This document shows positions 1 through 11,077 of a DNA stretch of 64,000 bases, piece by piece; the stretch's first letter is position 1, and the number at the start of each line of letters is the position of its first letter. A program made the position numbers and the translations under genes. Below the pieces are notes generated by a model. It saw only the letters and a list, made by a program, of their open reading frames with translations. It searched no databases and was not told the DNA's origin. The stretch lies in contig OZ024740.1 in NCBI GenBank assembly GCA_964016885.1, forward strand, positions 239,940,001 through 240,004,000. Reading direction: 5' to 3'. This stretch comes from Eledone cirrhosa (Eukaryota).

Positions 1-130
1 CTGTCTATATGCCGCATTAGTCTTACAGCAGTCTGCTCAAACATAGTGTTATGTTCTGGAAGAATCAATTGCAAAAAACAATTAGGATTCATAACTTGTA
101 TCATTTCTCAATAGGAAAGCCATTAACATT

Positions 131-549
131 CAGGGTAGGATTGGCTATTTAGCGCCCTAGAGCTAGCTCTGCAATATTCATAATCTCTGCAATAAAATTT
201 ACAATTTGGTAATCTGACGAATCAGGTTCTTCCCACCTGCTGCTCTGGCCACATTAATACAATAATACCTGCATTTTCTACTACACAGTCAACACTCACC
301 CACGCCAAATCGTGTAACATATCATAACAACGTACGATACGCCATCGCTTTCGATATTTCCACGACGCTGCTGCTATTCAACAAAGATGTTTAGCGATTA
401 ATTTATTGATCGCATGAAATGATTACATATTTTATTTAATTACACATATTTGTATAAAACAATGGTCCTATAAAGTCCAGTAATGCATCGTTTGGAGCTC
501 TGCGCCCTAAGCGGCTGCCTAGATGGCCAAATGGTCAACGCCTTAACCT
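131..549. mobile_element. Possible decayed hAT-like non-autonomous element
   Basis: Left end CAGGGTAGGATTGGCTATTTAGCGCCCTAG and right end GCGCCCTAAGCGGCTGCCTAGATGGCCAAATGG share GCGCCCTA subterminal-type motifs. TIRs are very degenerate and no TSD is seen. Confidence 0.25.
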
Positions 550-791
550 AATTTCTTTATGATTATAAGAGGCAATGTTTACTTATCTTATCAAAATTAT
601 AAGCTGTCATTAGTAATCCTGCTTTGCATCGTTTCTGTTATATTATTCCAGGTTGATAGCATGTGGTATATCAAATGCTATCACGTGGCTTTCTTATCTC
701 ACTGCTCCATTTCTCCATATATATCTATTCTTGTTTTAATTTTCGATCGACACCGGATAAAGCCAGACCGATACTACCAATCCACCGCCCT

Positions 792-822
<31 letters not shown>

Positions 823-853
823 TTATATATATGTGTGTGTGTTTGTGTGTGTG

Positions 854-922
<69 letters not shown>
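792..922. repeat. (TA)n/(TG)n compound microsatellite
   Basis: Directly visible. Confidence 0.95.
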
Positions 923-926
<4 letters not shown>

Positions 927-1448
927 GGTGTTTATATGAAACCATATATTATATTTTTACATATAATAAACATTAAACATAGAAGAGTCTCGCTATGAAT
1001 GTGTGATTCTGTCAAAACTGTCTCAGTAGCCGATGTAAATGCCAAAAAGCAGTTTCTGAGTTTTTATGTTATCGCTCATATTTACTGACTGAAACAAGAA
1101 TAAGCTGTTTTTTCTCCTGTATGAAACATAGGCTATTTTGTGATGTCCCAATGTGCACTAGAATGAAAGGTATCAACCTTAATGTATTGAAACAGTAGTG
1201 ATTTCCACAGATTGACTGAGAAGGGTCAGTCCGTCTTTCCGCTGTTTCTTTCATTGACTTTGTCCTGCGTGCCCCTATGTTTAATTCATACTCTAAAGAT
1301 TTAGTCAAGTGGGACATTTTGAAACTATATATACATATATATGACCTCAGCCGGATGGCTGAAACAAGTAAAAGAGTACAAGAGTATATATATATATATG
1401 TGTGTGTGTGTGTGCGTGCTTGTGTGTGTTTAATATACATATACACAA

Positions 1449-1541
<93 letters not shown>

Positions 1542-1563
1542 GGGAGATAGATAGATAGATAGA
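1449..1563. repeat. (GA)n then (GATA)n microsatellite; 1542-1563 is the left TSD copy of the Tx1 element
   Basis: Directly visible; GGGAGATAGATAGATAGATAGA recurs at 7366-7387. Confidence 0.9.
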
Positions 1564-1778
1564 TTTCTTTATTTACCATAAAGGCATAAAAAGAAGGGAC
1601 AAATACAAAGGGGGAGTTTACATATAATCGAGTAAAAAGGGTGTAACATGAAAATAATCGAAAATAACCTCAAAAGGGAGGGGACGTGATGGGGGTTGCA
1701 CACACCCCCGAAAAAGTGTGCAATCCTTTGCCCGGGGAGCACATGGAGAAGGTGTTCCCCTCTCCTTTACTTCTTTAC

Positions 1779-4700
1779 CTACAGGATGGTATACAGAGAA
1801 GGCCCATTTACACGAGCCATTCTCGCCACTATCACCCACCTTTCATAAAACTGCCTGTGGCCAAGCACCTCTCTCTCCATTCTTATCCTTCTTCCGAAGT
1901 GATATCGGAAGAAGTAGACCAGACTATGGCCAGAGAGGAAGTTGCCTGACCTCAGACCTTTCAATCGTGTCCACCAAACAACCTCTTTCAACATGGCTAT
2001 TACGCACAGAAAAACCGCCTTTGCTTCCTTTGTGAAGAGGGGAGGCGGTTTGATTGTCATCACGGACTCGGCGGTCAATTTAATCGGCGCCACCCGCGAC
2101 AGCAGTTGTTCGGCGTAGCCCCACAGATCAGCCACGCCCGGACATTGCACCAATGCGTGCGCCACGGTTTCTTCGTGACGCACGCATCTAGGGCAAATCT
2201 TTTTTGAGGGATCCCTGCCCGGGCGCCCGTGTCTGTAGAGCCTCTCTCGAACGGGTAGAGCCCCTCGGTAGCACTGCCAGGCCAGTGACTTCTGGAAGTT
2301 GTCCATTGGTCCTGGGCCGAAAGTCCTACCGAACAGGCTGGCCAGTTCGTCTTCTTCCATGTCCAGCGACTCTCCAAGGGTGTCATCGCCCCTGCTAGCC
2401 ACCAGCCCTCTATAGAATGATGAGGTGGATTCTCCACCGATGGCCCGGCCCGCTTGCCAGAGAGCCCTGAGCGCCTGAGCACACTCAGTGTGCCAGTCTC
2501 CCAGTTTTCCGGATCTTTGCTTGACCCAGGACTGTAGCTCGGTGAGTGAGACGAGTCTCGGAAAGGCTCGTTTCACGAACGGAGCCCACACCGGTTGACC
2601 AGTGAGGAATACCTGTAGGTGCCGTAGCCTTAATGCGTGCCTACGCATCATCAACCACGGCATCCCCAGCCCTCCTTTCGAAGGTTGTTGGCAGCAGATG
2701 GATCTTCTCACCATAGGAGGACGCTTCTTCCAAAGAAATTGGAAGAGCATGCGTTCCATGGTGGTGAGTGTTTCCTTAGGGCAAGGCACGACAGTCAGGC
2801 GGTAGTAAGTGACGGACGCTATGTAAATGTTCGCCACCTCCGCCCGGCCTTTTAGGGACAGCTTACACTTGGCCCATTTCTGGGTTAGTGCAAACACCTT
2901 GTTCGTAACCTCGTTCCAGTTCTTTTCCACCTGGAGGTCCGGTCCAAACCAGACCCCAAGCAACTTTACCGGGCCCTCCGTCCAGTGTCCGACGACACCG
3001 TCAGGAGGCATCGGTTTGCCTCTCCACGTTCCGAGTTGCAGCCCGATGGATTTTTCCCGGTTCAGTTTCGCTCCTGACAACCTTTCGTACTCCTCCAGTA
3101 AGGTACCGATCGCCTCGATCTCCGAGTCGGTTGATACCATTACTGTTACGTCATCGGCGTAGGCCGACACCGCTTTGCTCAATCCTGGTTCCAGGGGGAT
3201 ACCCTGCAACAACTCCAACTTCCTCAGTAAAGGCTCGAGAGTCAATACGTACAGAAGGGAGGAGAGAGGGCACCCCTGTCGAATGGATCGTGTGATTTCG
3301 AACGGCTTCGAAAGGTAGCCGTTCACCTTGATCCTAGAACAGATGTGGTTGCTATGTAGGGCAGTGATCCAGCCTCTGAAAACAGGACCGAACCCAGCCG
3401 CCGCTAGCACCGCATCCAGGTAACCATGGTCGACCCTATCGAAGGCCTTAGACTGATCCAAGTTGATCAGGGCCCCACCGAAGCCGGGTTTGTTGCCAAC
3501 CCTCTCTATGATGTATCGCATGAGGTGGAGGTTATCGTGAATGGACCTGGATGGGATAGCACATGTCTGCGCATCTCCCACCAGGCCACCCACGACAAGC
3601 GCCAACCTCTTTGCTAACACCTTGGCCAAAATCTTTAACTCTGTGTTTAGCAGGGTTATGGGCCGAAAATTATTTATACTATCCCCCTTGTTCTCGTCCT
3701 TCCTCACCAGCGTGACTACGCCCTTGGCTACAGAACAAGGAATTCTCCCGTTCTGCTGCCAATTGCAGTAGACCGCTTCGAGGAGTTCGGAGAAGAAGAC
3801 CGGCATTGCTAAATAAAGTTCGTAAGGTATACCATCGAGACCTGGAGATTTGCGTCTGCTGCATTGGCTCAGCGCATCTCCGATCTCATCAGCCGAGATT
3901 GGTCCCTCGCAGGACTCTGCCTCTTTGTTCGAGAGACGCGGCAGGCCGTCGAGGTATGGACCGAAATCCACGCCCCGGCCCGGACCCTCGCCTCCCCCGA
4001 ACAATCGGGCAAAGTGCTTTTGAAAGGCCTCGCACATCTGCTTAGGCTCCCGGATCACTCGTCCATCTTCGTCTTGCAACGACCGGATGGTGGATCGATT
4101 TCCACTTTTAGCTTCTGTCACGCGGGCCCATCCAACGGCTTTGGCCCCCTCATTACCTAGAGCACGTATTTTACTTCGAATGACGCAGCCTTCATGCTTT
4201 GCATCGAAAAACTGGTTCAAGGCCGTCCTCGATGCCAGCACTCTGGCCACATCTTCGCTCTTGATTGCCTCTTCTAATTTACCTGTTAATTCTTTCTCGT
4301 TTCTATTCCTATTGGCAGCTAACATCTTGCTATAACTTATTGATTCTGTTCTAATCTCTCTTTTGAGAGATGCCCACCATCGGTTGTTGACGATTGCACC
4401 CGTCAACCTCTCCTTAACTAATCTGCTAATCCGGTTTCTGTAAGTCTCTTTTGCCGGTAAAGACAAATTAAGTTTCCAGTAACCGGGACCCTGTCTATGT
4501 GTTTTCTCGAGATTGACCACGCAGGTCACTAATTTGTGATCCGTGTAGCCAACCGTGCGCATTTCTGGACAGCTTAATATGTCCCTATCCTTACTTCTAA
4601 CTAAGAATCTATCTAAGTACGATCTAGATTGACCACTGTGGTTTCTCCAAGTCCAGGTAGGCACAGTTGGAAAATCTAGTCGATATCTATCGACCAAGTT

Positions 4701-5216
4701 AAAACGGTCGAGTAACCCCTTGAGGCTGTTACACCCCCCTCTATTAGGACATGCTCCTGCATAGTCCCAACGTGCATCTAGGATGTCATTCCAATCCCCC
4801 GCTAGAAGCAGGGAACGCGACGTTCCCAGAAAAGTCTCCAAACGCTGGAAGAAGTCGGGCCGTTCAGCTCCGAAAGGGGAGTAGACGGCGACCAGTCTCA
4901 AGGCCGCACTTTCACTACTGCCAACGTCTAGCACCAACAAACGACCCTCCGGGTCCGAGTGCACAACCTGTACGGCAAGACCCAGGTGTTTTTGCAGCAG
5001 CACGACAACCCCACCCCCACCTCCAGGTTGACAGAGAGATGCATGCACCTCAAAGTCATCGAAGGTGGGGGCCAGCTGCCGCATAACGCTGATTCGAGTC
5101 TCACAGATAACCATTACATTTATACTACATGACCTGAGGTCATTTAGAAGCTTTGCTTGCTTCCAAGTTGAGCCCAGGCCACGTGCATTCAAACATCCTA
5201 CTCTTAACACATCCAT
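1779..5216 (-). CDS. Tx1-like ORF2: APE endonuclease + reverse transcriptase + C-terminal CCHC zinc motif (1145 aa)
   Basis: APE motifs LNARGL, ETR, GDWN, SYLDRFLV, TDHK. RT motifs KSPGLDG, NFRPITLLN, LDQSKAFDRV, RQGCPLS, YADD. GGLG motif and CPRC..ETVAHALVQC. Confidence 0.95.
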   Translation of the reverse strand: MDVLRVGCLNARGLGSTWKQAKLLNDLRSCSINVMVICETRISVMRQLAPTFDDFEVHASLCQPGGGGGVVVLLQKHLGLAVQVVHSDPEGRLLVLDVGSSESAALRLVAVYSPFGAERPDFFQRLETFLGTSRSLLLAGDWNDILDARWDYAGACPNRGGCNSLKGLLDRFNLVDRYRLDFPTVPTWTWRNHSGQSRSYLDRFLVRSKDRDILSCPEMRTVGYTDHKLVTCVVNLEKTHRQGPGYWKLNLSLPAKETYRNRISRLVKERLTGAIVNNRWWASLKREIRTESISYSKMLAANRNRNEKELTGKLEEAIKSEDVARVLASRTALNQFFDAKHEGCVIRSKIRALGNEGAKAVGWARVTEAKSGNRSTIRSLQDEDGRVIREPKQMCEAFQKHFARLFGGGEGPGRGVDFGPYLDGLPRLSNKEAESCEGPISADEIGDALSQCSRRKSPGLDGIPYELYLAMPVFFSELLEAVYCNWQQNGRIPCSVAKGVVTLVRKDENKGDSINNFRPITLLNTELKILAKVLAKRLALVVGGLVGDAQTCAIPSRSIHDNLHLMRYIIERVGNKPGFGGALINLDQSKAFDRVDHGYLDAVLAAAGFGPVFRGWITALHSNHICSRIKVNGYLSKPFEITRSIRQGCPLSSLLYVLTLEPLLRKLELLQGIPLEPGLSKAVSAYADDVTVMVSTDSEIEAIGTLLEEYERLSGAKLNREKSIGLQLGTWRGKPMPPDGVVGHWTEGPVKLLGVWFGPDLQVEKNWNEVTNKVFALTQKWAKCKLSLKGRAEVANIYIASVTYYRLTVVPCPKETLTTMERMLFQFLWKKRPPMVRRSICCQQPSKGGLGMPWLMMRRHALRLRHLQVFLTGQPVWAPFVKRAFPRLVSLTELQSWVKQRSGKLGDWHTECAQALRALWQAGRAIGGESTSSFYRGLVASRGDDTLGESLDMEEDELASLFGRTFGPGPMDNFQKSLAWQCYRGALPVRERLYRHGRPGRDPSKKICPRCVRHEETVAHALVQCPGVADLWGYAEQLLSRVAPIKLTAESVMTIKPPPLFTKEAKAVFLCVIAMLKEVVWWTRLKGLRSGNFLSGHSLVYFFRYHFGRRIRMEREVLGHRQFYERWVIVARMARVNGPSLYTIL

Positions 5217-5249
5217 GTGGGCGGCAGAGCCAAAGGAGAGTGTAGAGAC

Positions 5250-7130
5250 CTACCTTTCCGCTTCCCGGGGTTCGGGTTGCACGACTTCCATGGGGTCGGG
5301 GGTGTTGGGTGAAGGGGTGTCTTGTGGTGGTGTGGGGTCGTCGGTGTGTGGTGGGGTTGGGGTGTTTGGAGTTGTGTTGGGGAGGGGAAGGGGAGGGGGA
5401 AAGCTTTTTAGTAGGACGCGGTTTATGGGTTTGACAGAGGGTGGTCCTACGTCCTCCTTAAAATCCTTTTTTAGTTTTTGGTAGAGGTTCATTGGGATTT
5501 TTATTAGTTTTAAATGTGGGTGGTTTTCTGATGAAACAAAGTTTACACCTTCGGTTTGTACCGAAGGATTATTGTATATGAGTTCATTTAATTTATTATT
5601 GTTTCTGTTGATGTAAGTATAGTGTAATGTCTTTTTTTCCGATGGTGTGAGTGTTTCGAAGAGGGGAGGGGCAGGTTTGGTTTTGTTTGTTGCTGGAGGG
5701 GTGTTTTCTGTTTTGTTAGATTGTGTTGCGATTTGGGTGGGGGTTGTTTGTCCTTGTGTGTTTTGCACATGTTTTCTTTTTTTCCTTTTAATCTGTCTGA
5801 AGGACTCCGTTTCTTCCTCCGAATTCGTTGGGTTATCTTCAGTGTTGGAGGGAAGAGGTATGTTTGCTGGTAATGTTTCCGTGTTGGTTTTCTTTGTGGG
5901 GGAGATGGATGTCACTATGTTAGACTGTGTTGTGTGTTGTGTCTGCGGTGGTTGTGTTGTTTTATTGAGTGAGAGGTTGGGTGGGCCTGTATTTTGTTTT
6001 GGGGTAATGTGTTGTGACTGTTTGTGTTGTGGTGGTGTTGTGGTGTTACTGAGGGACGGGTTGGGTGGGACTGAGTTTTGTTGTTTGTTTATCTGTTGTG
6101 GTGGTGGTGGTGGAGCTGGTGTTGGTAGCAGGGTTTTCTTTTTGTTGAGTTGGGGACAAGCGGCCTTCAGGTGCCCTCTGCCTGCACAGATATGGCAGGA
6201 CGGCCTTCTCCCCTCCACGCTAATGTTTATATACCCGTGGTCCTCTAATAGGATTCTGTCGGGTATTTGGGCGATGCGTTCAGGCTTCATTTGTACTACC
6301 AGCTCTATACCTGTTCCACTGAACGCATTGCCTGTGGTTTTCCCAATGGAAATCACGTTGTCATTCACTGGATCGATGAAGCCAGCTATGAGCCAGCAGT
6401 AGTCCACATCTGGCATCATTGCATCCAGCCATATGCGTTGAGTTTTTTTCCCCATATAAGATGGATAAAAGGTGAAATTTTTCGAACGAATCGGTGACAA
6501 AGCACATTTTTTTGCCGCCGATTCGTTCTTCATGATAATTGCTAGGCTTCCATACAGTCTGTCTTTTCTTATGAAAGTTGTTTCATTCAGTACTTCTGCG
6601 AGTACTGTTTTGATATCTGCTTGAGAAGGCTGTTCAGGTTTTTTTGTACTGTTGTTGATGGTCCGAAACTTGACCGTTCGGCTTTCAATGTCTTTCGTGA
6701 ATTCTTGAGGCATTTTTACCAATAAAATACCATTCTCACCTTCACTTATGTATTGTTTTGCGTCCGTGATCCTTCGTACCACATCTGAAATGTTTTCCGC
6801 TATATAAGTCAAAGATTTCTTTGTTTTCTGTGCAAAAGAAATCTTGTCGTCTGCTTTGTTTTCTGATATTATGTTATTTTCAACTGTTATTTTTTTGTTT
6901 GTTGTGTCTTTGTTTGTGTTATTAGTATTGTCATGCAATTTTTCAAATTTTTTTTTTTCGTTGTTTTCGTCATTTAATTTTTTTTCCTCCGCAGATTCGT
7001 CCGTTTTTATTTTCATTTTTCCTTCCTTCTCTATGACGTTAGTTGGGAAGGAAGGGAGGACTAAAGCGTGCGAGCTTACAACTCTTACCGCTGTCCCCCC
7101 ACCACTATTTTCGTTCGCTGCGTTTAACAT
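5250..7130 (-). CDS. Tx1-like ORF1 (gag-like nucleic-acid-binding protein, 626 aa)
   Basis: Ends 33 nt before the ORF2 start; zinc knuckle CHICAGRGHLKAAC (CX2CX4HX4C); long P/T/N/Q-rich linker. Confidence 0.88.
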   Translation of the reverse strand: MLNAANENSGGGTAVRVVSSHALVLPSFPTNVIEKEGKMKIKTDESAEEKKLNDENNEKKKFEKLHDNTNNTNKDTTNKKITVENNIISENKADDKISFAQKTKKSLTYIAENISDVVRRITDAKQYISEGENGILLVKMPQEFTKDIESRTVKFRTINNSTKKPEQPSQADIKTVLAEVLNETTFIRKDRLYGSLAIIMKNESAAKKCALSPIRSKNFTFYPSYMGKKTQRIWLDAMMPDVDYCWLIAGFIDPVNDNVISIGKTTGNAFSGTGIELVVQMKPERIAQIPDRILLEDHGYINISVEGRRPSCHICAGRGHLKAACPQLNKKKTLLPTPAPPPPPQQINKQQNSVPPNPSLSNTTTPPQHKQSQHITPKQNTGPPNLSLNKTTQPPQTQHTTQSNIVTSISPTKKTNTETLPANIPLPSNTEDNPTNSEEETESFRQIKRKKRKHVQNTQGQTTPTQIATQSNKTENTPPATNKTKPAPPLFETLTPSEKKTLHYTYINRNNNKLNELIYNNPSVQTEGVNFVSSENHPHLKLIKIPMNLYQKLKKDFKEDVGPPSVKPINRVLLKSFPPPLPLPNTTPNTPTPPHTDDPTPPQDTPSPNTPDPMEVVQPEPREAER

Positions 7131-7606
7131 TTCTGTTAGACGATTGAAATTTTTTACACAAAATTTTTTAAAACAGGTTTTTCACCTCTAGGAGGGGTAA
7201 AGATGAGCTGACCCACCGCCTGACAGTTCAGACGGAGGGTCAAGCTACACAATTGTATCAAAATTAAGTTTGAACTCACAAAATTTCCTCAATAAATTTG
7301 AACAAAACTTCTGTGCGAAGTGAATGACATCCACACTGTAGAACAGACGACAGCTAGATTAAGGGGGGAGATAGATAGATAGATAGATAGATTTCTTTAT
7401 TTACCATAAAGGCATAAAAAGAAGGGACAAATACAAAGGGGAAGTTTACATATAATCGAGTAAAAAGGGTGTAACATGAAAATAATCGAAAATAACCTCA
7501 AAAGGGAGGGGACGTGATGGGGGTTGCACACACCCCCGAAAAAGTGTGCAATCCTTTGCCCGGGGAGCACATGGAGAAGGTGCTCCCCTCTCCTTTACTT
7601 CTTTAC

Positions 7607-10600
7607 CTACAGGATGGTATACAGAGAAGGCCCATTTACACGAGCCATTCTCGCCACTATCACCCACCTTTCATAAAACTGCCTGTGGCCAAGCACCTCT
7701 CTCTCCATTCTTATCCTTCTTCCGAAGTGATATCGGAAGAAGTAGACCAGACTATGGCCAGAGAGGAAGTTGCCTGACCTCAGACCTTTCAATCGTGTCC
7801 ACCAAACAACCTCTTTCAACATGGCTATTACGCACAGAAAAACCGCCTTTGCTTCCTTTGTGAAGAGGGGAGGCGGTTTGATTGTCATCACGGACTCGGC
7901 GGTCAATTTAATCGGCGCCACCCGCGACAGCAGTTGTTCGGCGTAGCCCCACAGATCAGCCACGCCCGGACATTGCACCAATGCGTGCGCCACGGTTTCT
8001 TCGTGACGCACGCATCTAGGGCAAATCTTTTTTGAGGGATCCCTGCCCGGGCGCCCGTGTCTGTAGAGCCTCTCTCGAACGGGTAGAGCCCCTCGGTAGC
8101 ACTGCCAGGCCAGTGACTTCTGGAAGTTGTCCATTGGTCCTGGGCCGAAAGTCCTACCGAACAGGCTGGCCAGTTCGTCTTCTTCCATGTCCAGCGACTC
8201 TCCAAGGGTGTCATCGCCCCTGCTAGCCACCAGCCCTCTATAGAATGATGAGGTGGATTCTCCACCGATGGCCCGGCCCGCTTGCCAGAGAGCCCTGAGC
8301 GCCTGAGCACACTCAGTGTGCCAGTCTCCCAGTTTTCCGGATCTTTGCTTGACCCAGGACTGTAGCTCGGTGAGTGAGACGAGTCTCGGAAAGGCTCGTT
8401 TCACGAACGGAGCCCACACCGGTTGACCAGTGAGGAATACCTGTAGGTGCCGTAGCCTTAATGCGTGCCTACGCATCATCAACCACGGCATCCCCAGCCC
8501 TCCTTTCGAAGGTTGTTGGCAGCAGATGGATCTTCTCACCATAGGAGGACGCTTCTTCCAAAGAAATTGGAAGAGCAGGCGTTCCATGGTGGTGAGTGTT
8601 TCCTTAGGGCAAGGCACGACAGTCAGGCGGTAGTAAGTGACGGACGCTATGTAAATGTTCGCCACCTCCGCCCGGCCTTTTAGGGACAGCTTACACTTGG
8701 CCCATTTCTGGGTTAGTGCAAACACCTTGTTCGTAACCTCGTTCCAGTTCTTTTCCACCTGGAGGTCCGGTCCAAACCAGACCCCAAGCAACTTTACCGG
8801 GCCCTCCGTCCAGTGTCCGACGACACCGTCAGGAGGCATCGGTCTGCCTCTCCACGTTCCGAGTTGCAGCCCGATGGATTTTTCCCGGTTCAGTTTCGCT
8901 CCTGACAACCTTTCGTACTCCTCCAGTAAGGTACCGATCGCCTCGATCTCCGAGTCGGTTGATACCATTACTGTTACGTCATCGGCGTAGGCCGACACCG
9001 CTTTGCTCAATCCTGGTTCCAGGGGGATACCCTCCAACAACTCCAACTTCCTCAGTAAAGGCTCGAGAGTCAATACGTACAGAAGGGAGGAGAGAGGGCA
9101 CCCCTGTCGAATGGATCGTGTGATTTCGAACGGCTTCGAAAGGTAGCCGTTCACCTTGATCCTAGAACAGATGTGGTTGCTATGTAGGGCAGTGATCCAG
9201 CCTCTGAAAACAGGACCGAACCCAGCCGCCGCTAGCACCGCATCCAGGTAACCATGGTCGACCCTATCGAAGGCCTTAGACTGATCCAAGTTGATCAGGG
9301 CCCCACCGAAGCCGGGTTTGTTGCCAACCCTCTCTATGATGTATCGCATGAGGTGGAGGTTATCGTGAATGGACCTGGATGGGATAGCACATGTCTGCGC
9401 ATCTCCCACCAGGCCACCCACGACAAGCGCCAACCTCTTTGCTAACACCTTGGCCAAAATCTTTAACTCTGTGTTTAGCAGGGTTATGGGCCGAAAATTA
9501 TTTATACTATCCCCCTTGTTCTCGTCCTTCCTCACCAGCGTGACTACGCCCTTGGCTACAGAACAAGGAATTCTCCCGTTCTGCTGCCAATTGCAGTAGA
9601 CCGCTTCGAGGAGTTCGGAGAAGAAGACCGGCATTGCTAAATAAAGTTCGTAAGGTATACCATCGAGACCTGGAGATTTGCGTCTGCTGCATTGGCTCAG
9701 CGCATCTCCGATCTCATCAGCCGAGATTGGTCCCTCGCAGGACTCTGCCTCTTTGTTCGAGAGACGCGGCAGGCCGTCGAGGTATGGACCGAAATCCACG
9801 CCCCGGCCCGGACCCTCGCCTCCCCCGAACAATCGGGCAAAGTGCTTTTGAAAGGCCTCGCACATCTGCTTAGGCTCCCGGATCACTCGTCCATCTTCGT
9901 CTTGCAACGACCGGATGGTGGATCGATTTCCACTTTTAGCTTCTGTCACGCGGGCCCACCCAACGGCTTTGGCCCCCTCATTACTTAGAGCACGTATTTT
10001 ACTTCGAATGACGCAGCCTTCATGCTTTGCATCGAAAAACTGGTTCAAGGCCGTCCTCGATGCCAGCACTCTGGCCACATCTTCGCTCTTGATTGCCTCT
10101 TCTAATTTACCTGTTAATTCTTTCTCGTTTCTATTCCTATTGGCAGCTAACATCTTGCTATAACTTATTGATTCTGTTCTAATCTCTCTTTTGAGAGATG
10201 CCCACCATCGGTTGTTGACGATTGCACCCGTCAACCTCTCCTTAACTAATCTGCTAATCCGGTTTCTGTAAGTCTCTTTTGCCGGTAAAGACAAATTAAG
10301 TTTCCAGTAACCGGGACCCTGTCTATGTGTTTTCTCGAGATTGACCACGCAGGTCACTAATTTGTGATCCGTGTAGCCAACCGTGCGCATTTCTGGACAG
10401 CTTAATATGTCCCTATCCTTACTTCTAACTAAGAATCTATCTAAGTACGATCTAGATTGACCACTGTGGTTTCTCCAAGTCCAGGTAGGCACAGTTGGAA
10501 AATCTAGTCGATATCTATCGACCAAGTTAAAACGGTCGAGTAACCCCTTGAGGCTGTTACACCCCCCTCTATTAGGACATGCTCCTGCATAGTCCCAACG

Positions 10601-11044
10601 TGCATCTAGGATGTCATTCCAATCCCCCGCTAGAAGCAGGGAACGCGACGTTCCCAGAAAAGTCTCCAAACGCTGGAAGAAGTCGGGCCGTTCAGCTCCG
10701 AAAGGGGAGTAGACGGCGACCAGTCTCAAGGCCGCACTTTCACTACTGCCAACGTCTAGCACCAACAAACGACCCTCCGGGTCCGAGTGCACAACCTGTA
10801 CGGCAAGACCCAGGTGTTTTTGCAGCAGCACGACAACCCCACCCCCACCTCCAGGTTGACAGAGAGATGCATGCACCTCAAAGTCATCGAAGGTGGGGGC
10901 CAGCTGCCGCATGACGCTGATTCGAGTCTCACAGATAACCATTACATTTATACTACATGACCTGAGGTCATTTAGAAGCTTTGCTTGCTTCCAAGTTGAG
11001 CCCAGGCCACGTGCATTCAAACATCCTACTCTTAACACATCCAT
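7607..11044 (-). CDS. Tx1-like ORF2 APE-RT (1145 aa), copy 2
   Basis: Same motifs as copy 1; four amino-acid differences seen (G/S, Q/E, K/R, M/L). Confidence 0.95.
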   Translation of the reverse strand: MDVLRVGCLNARGLGSTWKQAKLLNDLRSCSINVMVICETRISVMRQLAPTFDDFEVHASLCQPGGGGGVVVLLQKHLGLAVQVVHSDPEGRLLVLDVGSSESAALRLVAVYSPFGAERPDFFQRLETFLGTSRSLLLAGDWNDILDARWDYAGACPNRGGCNSLKGLLDRFNLVDRYRLDFPTVPTWTWRNHSGQSRSYLDRFLVRSKDRDILSCPEMRTVGYTDHKLVTCVVNLEKTHRQGPGYWKLNLSLPAKETYRNRISRLVKERLTGAIVNNRWWASLKREIRTESISYSKMLAANRNRNEKELTGKLEEAIKSEDVARVLASRTALNQFFDAKHEGCVIRSKIRALSNEGAKAVGWARVTEAKSGNRSTIRSLQDEDGRVIREPKQMCEAFQKHFARLFGGGEGPGRGVDFGPYLDGLPRLSNKEAESCEGPISADEIGDALSQCSRRKSPGLDGIPYELYLAMPVFFSELLEAVYCNWQQNGRIPCSVAKGVVTLVRKDENKGDSINNFRPITLLNTELKILAKVLAKRLALVVGGLVGDAQTCAIPSRSIHDNLHLMRYIIERVGNKPGFGGALINLDQSKAFDRVDHGYLDAVLAAAGFGPVFRGWITALHSNHICSRIKVNGYLSKPFEITRSIRQGCPLSSLLYVLTLEPLLRKLELLEGIPLEPGLSKAVSAYADDVTVMVSTDSEIEAIGTLLEEYERLSGAKLNREKSIGLQLGTWRGRPMPPDGVVGHWTEGPVKLLGVWFGPDLQVEKNWNEVTNKVFALTQKWAKCKLSLKGRAEVANIYIASVTYYRLTVVPCPKETLTTMERLLFQFLWKKRPPMVRRSICCQQPSKGGLGMPWLMMRRHALRLRHLQVFLTGQPVWAPFVKRAFPRLVSLTELQSWVKQRSGKLGDWHTECAQALRALWQAGRAIGGESTSSFYRGLVASRGDDTLGESLDMEEDELASLFGRTFGPGPMDNFQKSLAWQCYRGALPVRERLYRHGRPGRDPSKKICPRCVRHEETVAHALVQCPGVADLWGYAEQLLSRVAPIKLTAESVMTIKPPPLFTKEAKAVFLCVIAMLKEVVWWTRLKGLRSGNFLSGHSLVYFFRYHFGRRIRMEREVLGHRQFYERWVIVARMARVNGPSLYTIL

Positions 11045-11077
11045 GTGGGCGGCAGAGCCAAAGGAGAGTGTAGAGAC

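Larger units (their letters stand above)
1564..7360 (-). mobile_element. Full-length Tx1-clade non-LTR retrotransposon, copy 1, inserted in (GATA)n
   Basis: Intact ORF1 and ORF2. About 230-nt 5' UTR and 215-nt 3' UTR ending GGTAAATAAAGAAA directly before the (TCTA)n tract, with no poly(A). Ends defined by alignment with copy 2 (offset 5828). Confidence 0.93.

Noticed and set aside
1069-1330. Possible PLE endonuclease remnant on the minus strand
   Set aside because: The resemblance is too weak to support without a profile search.
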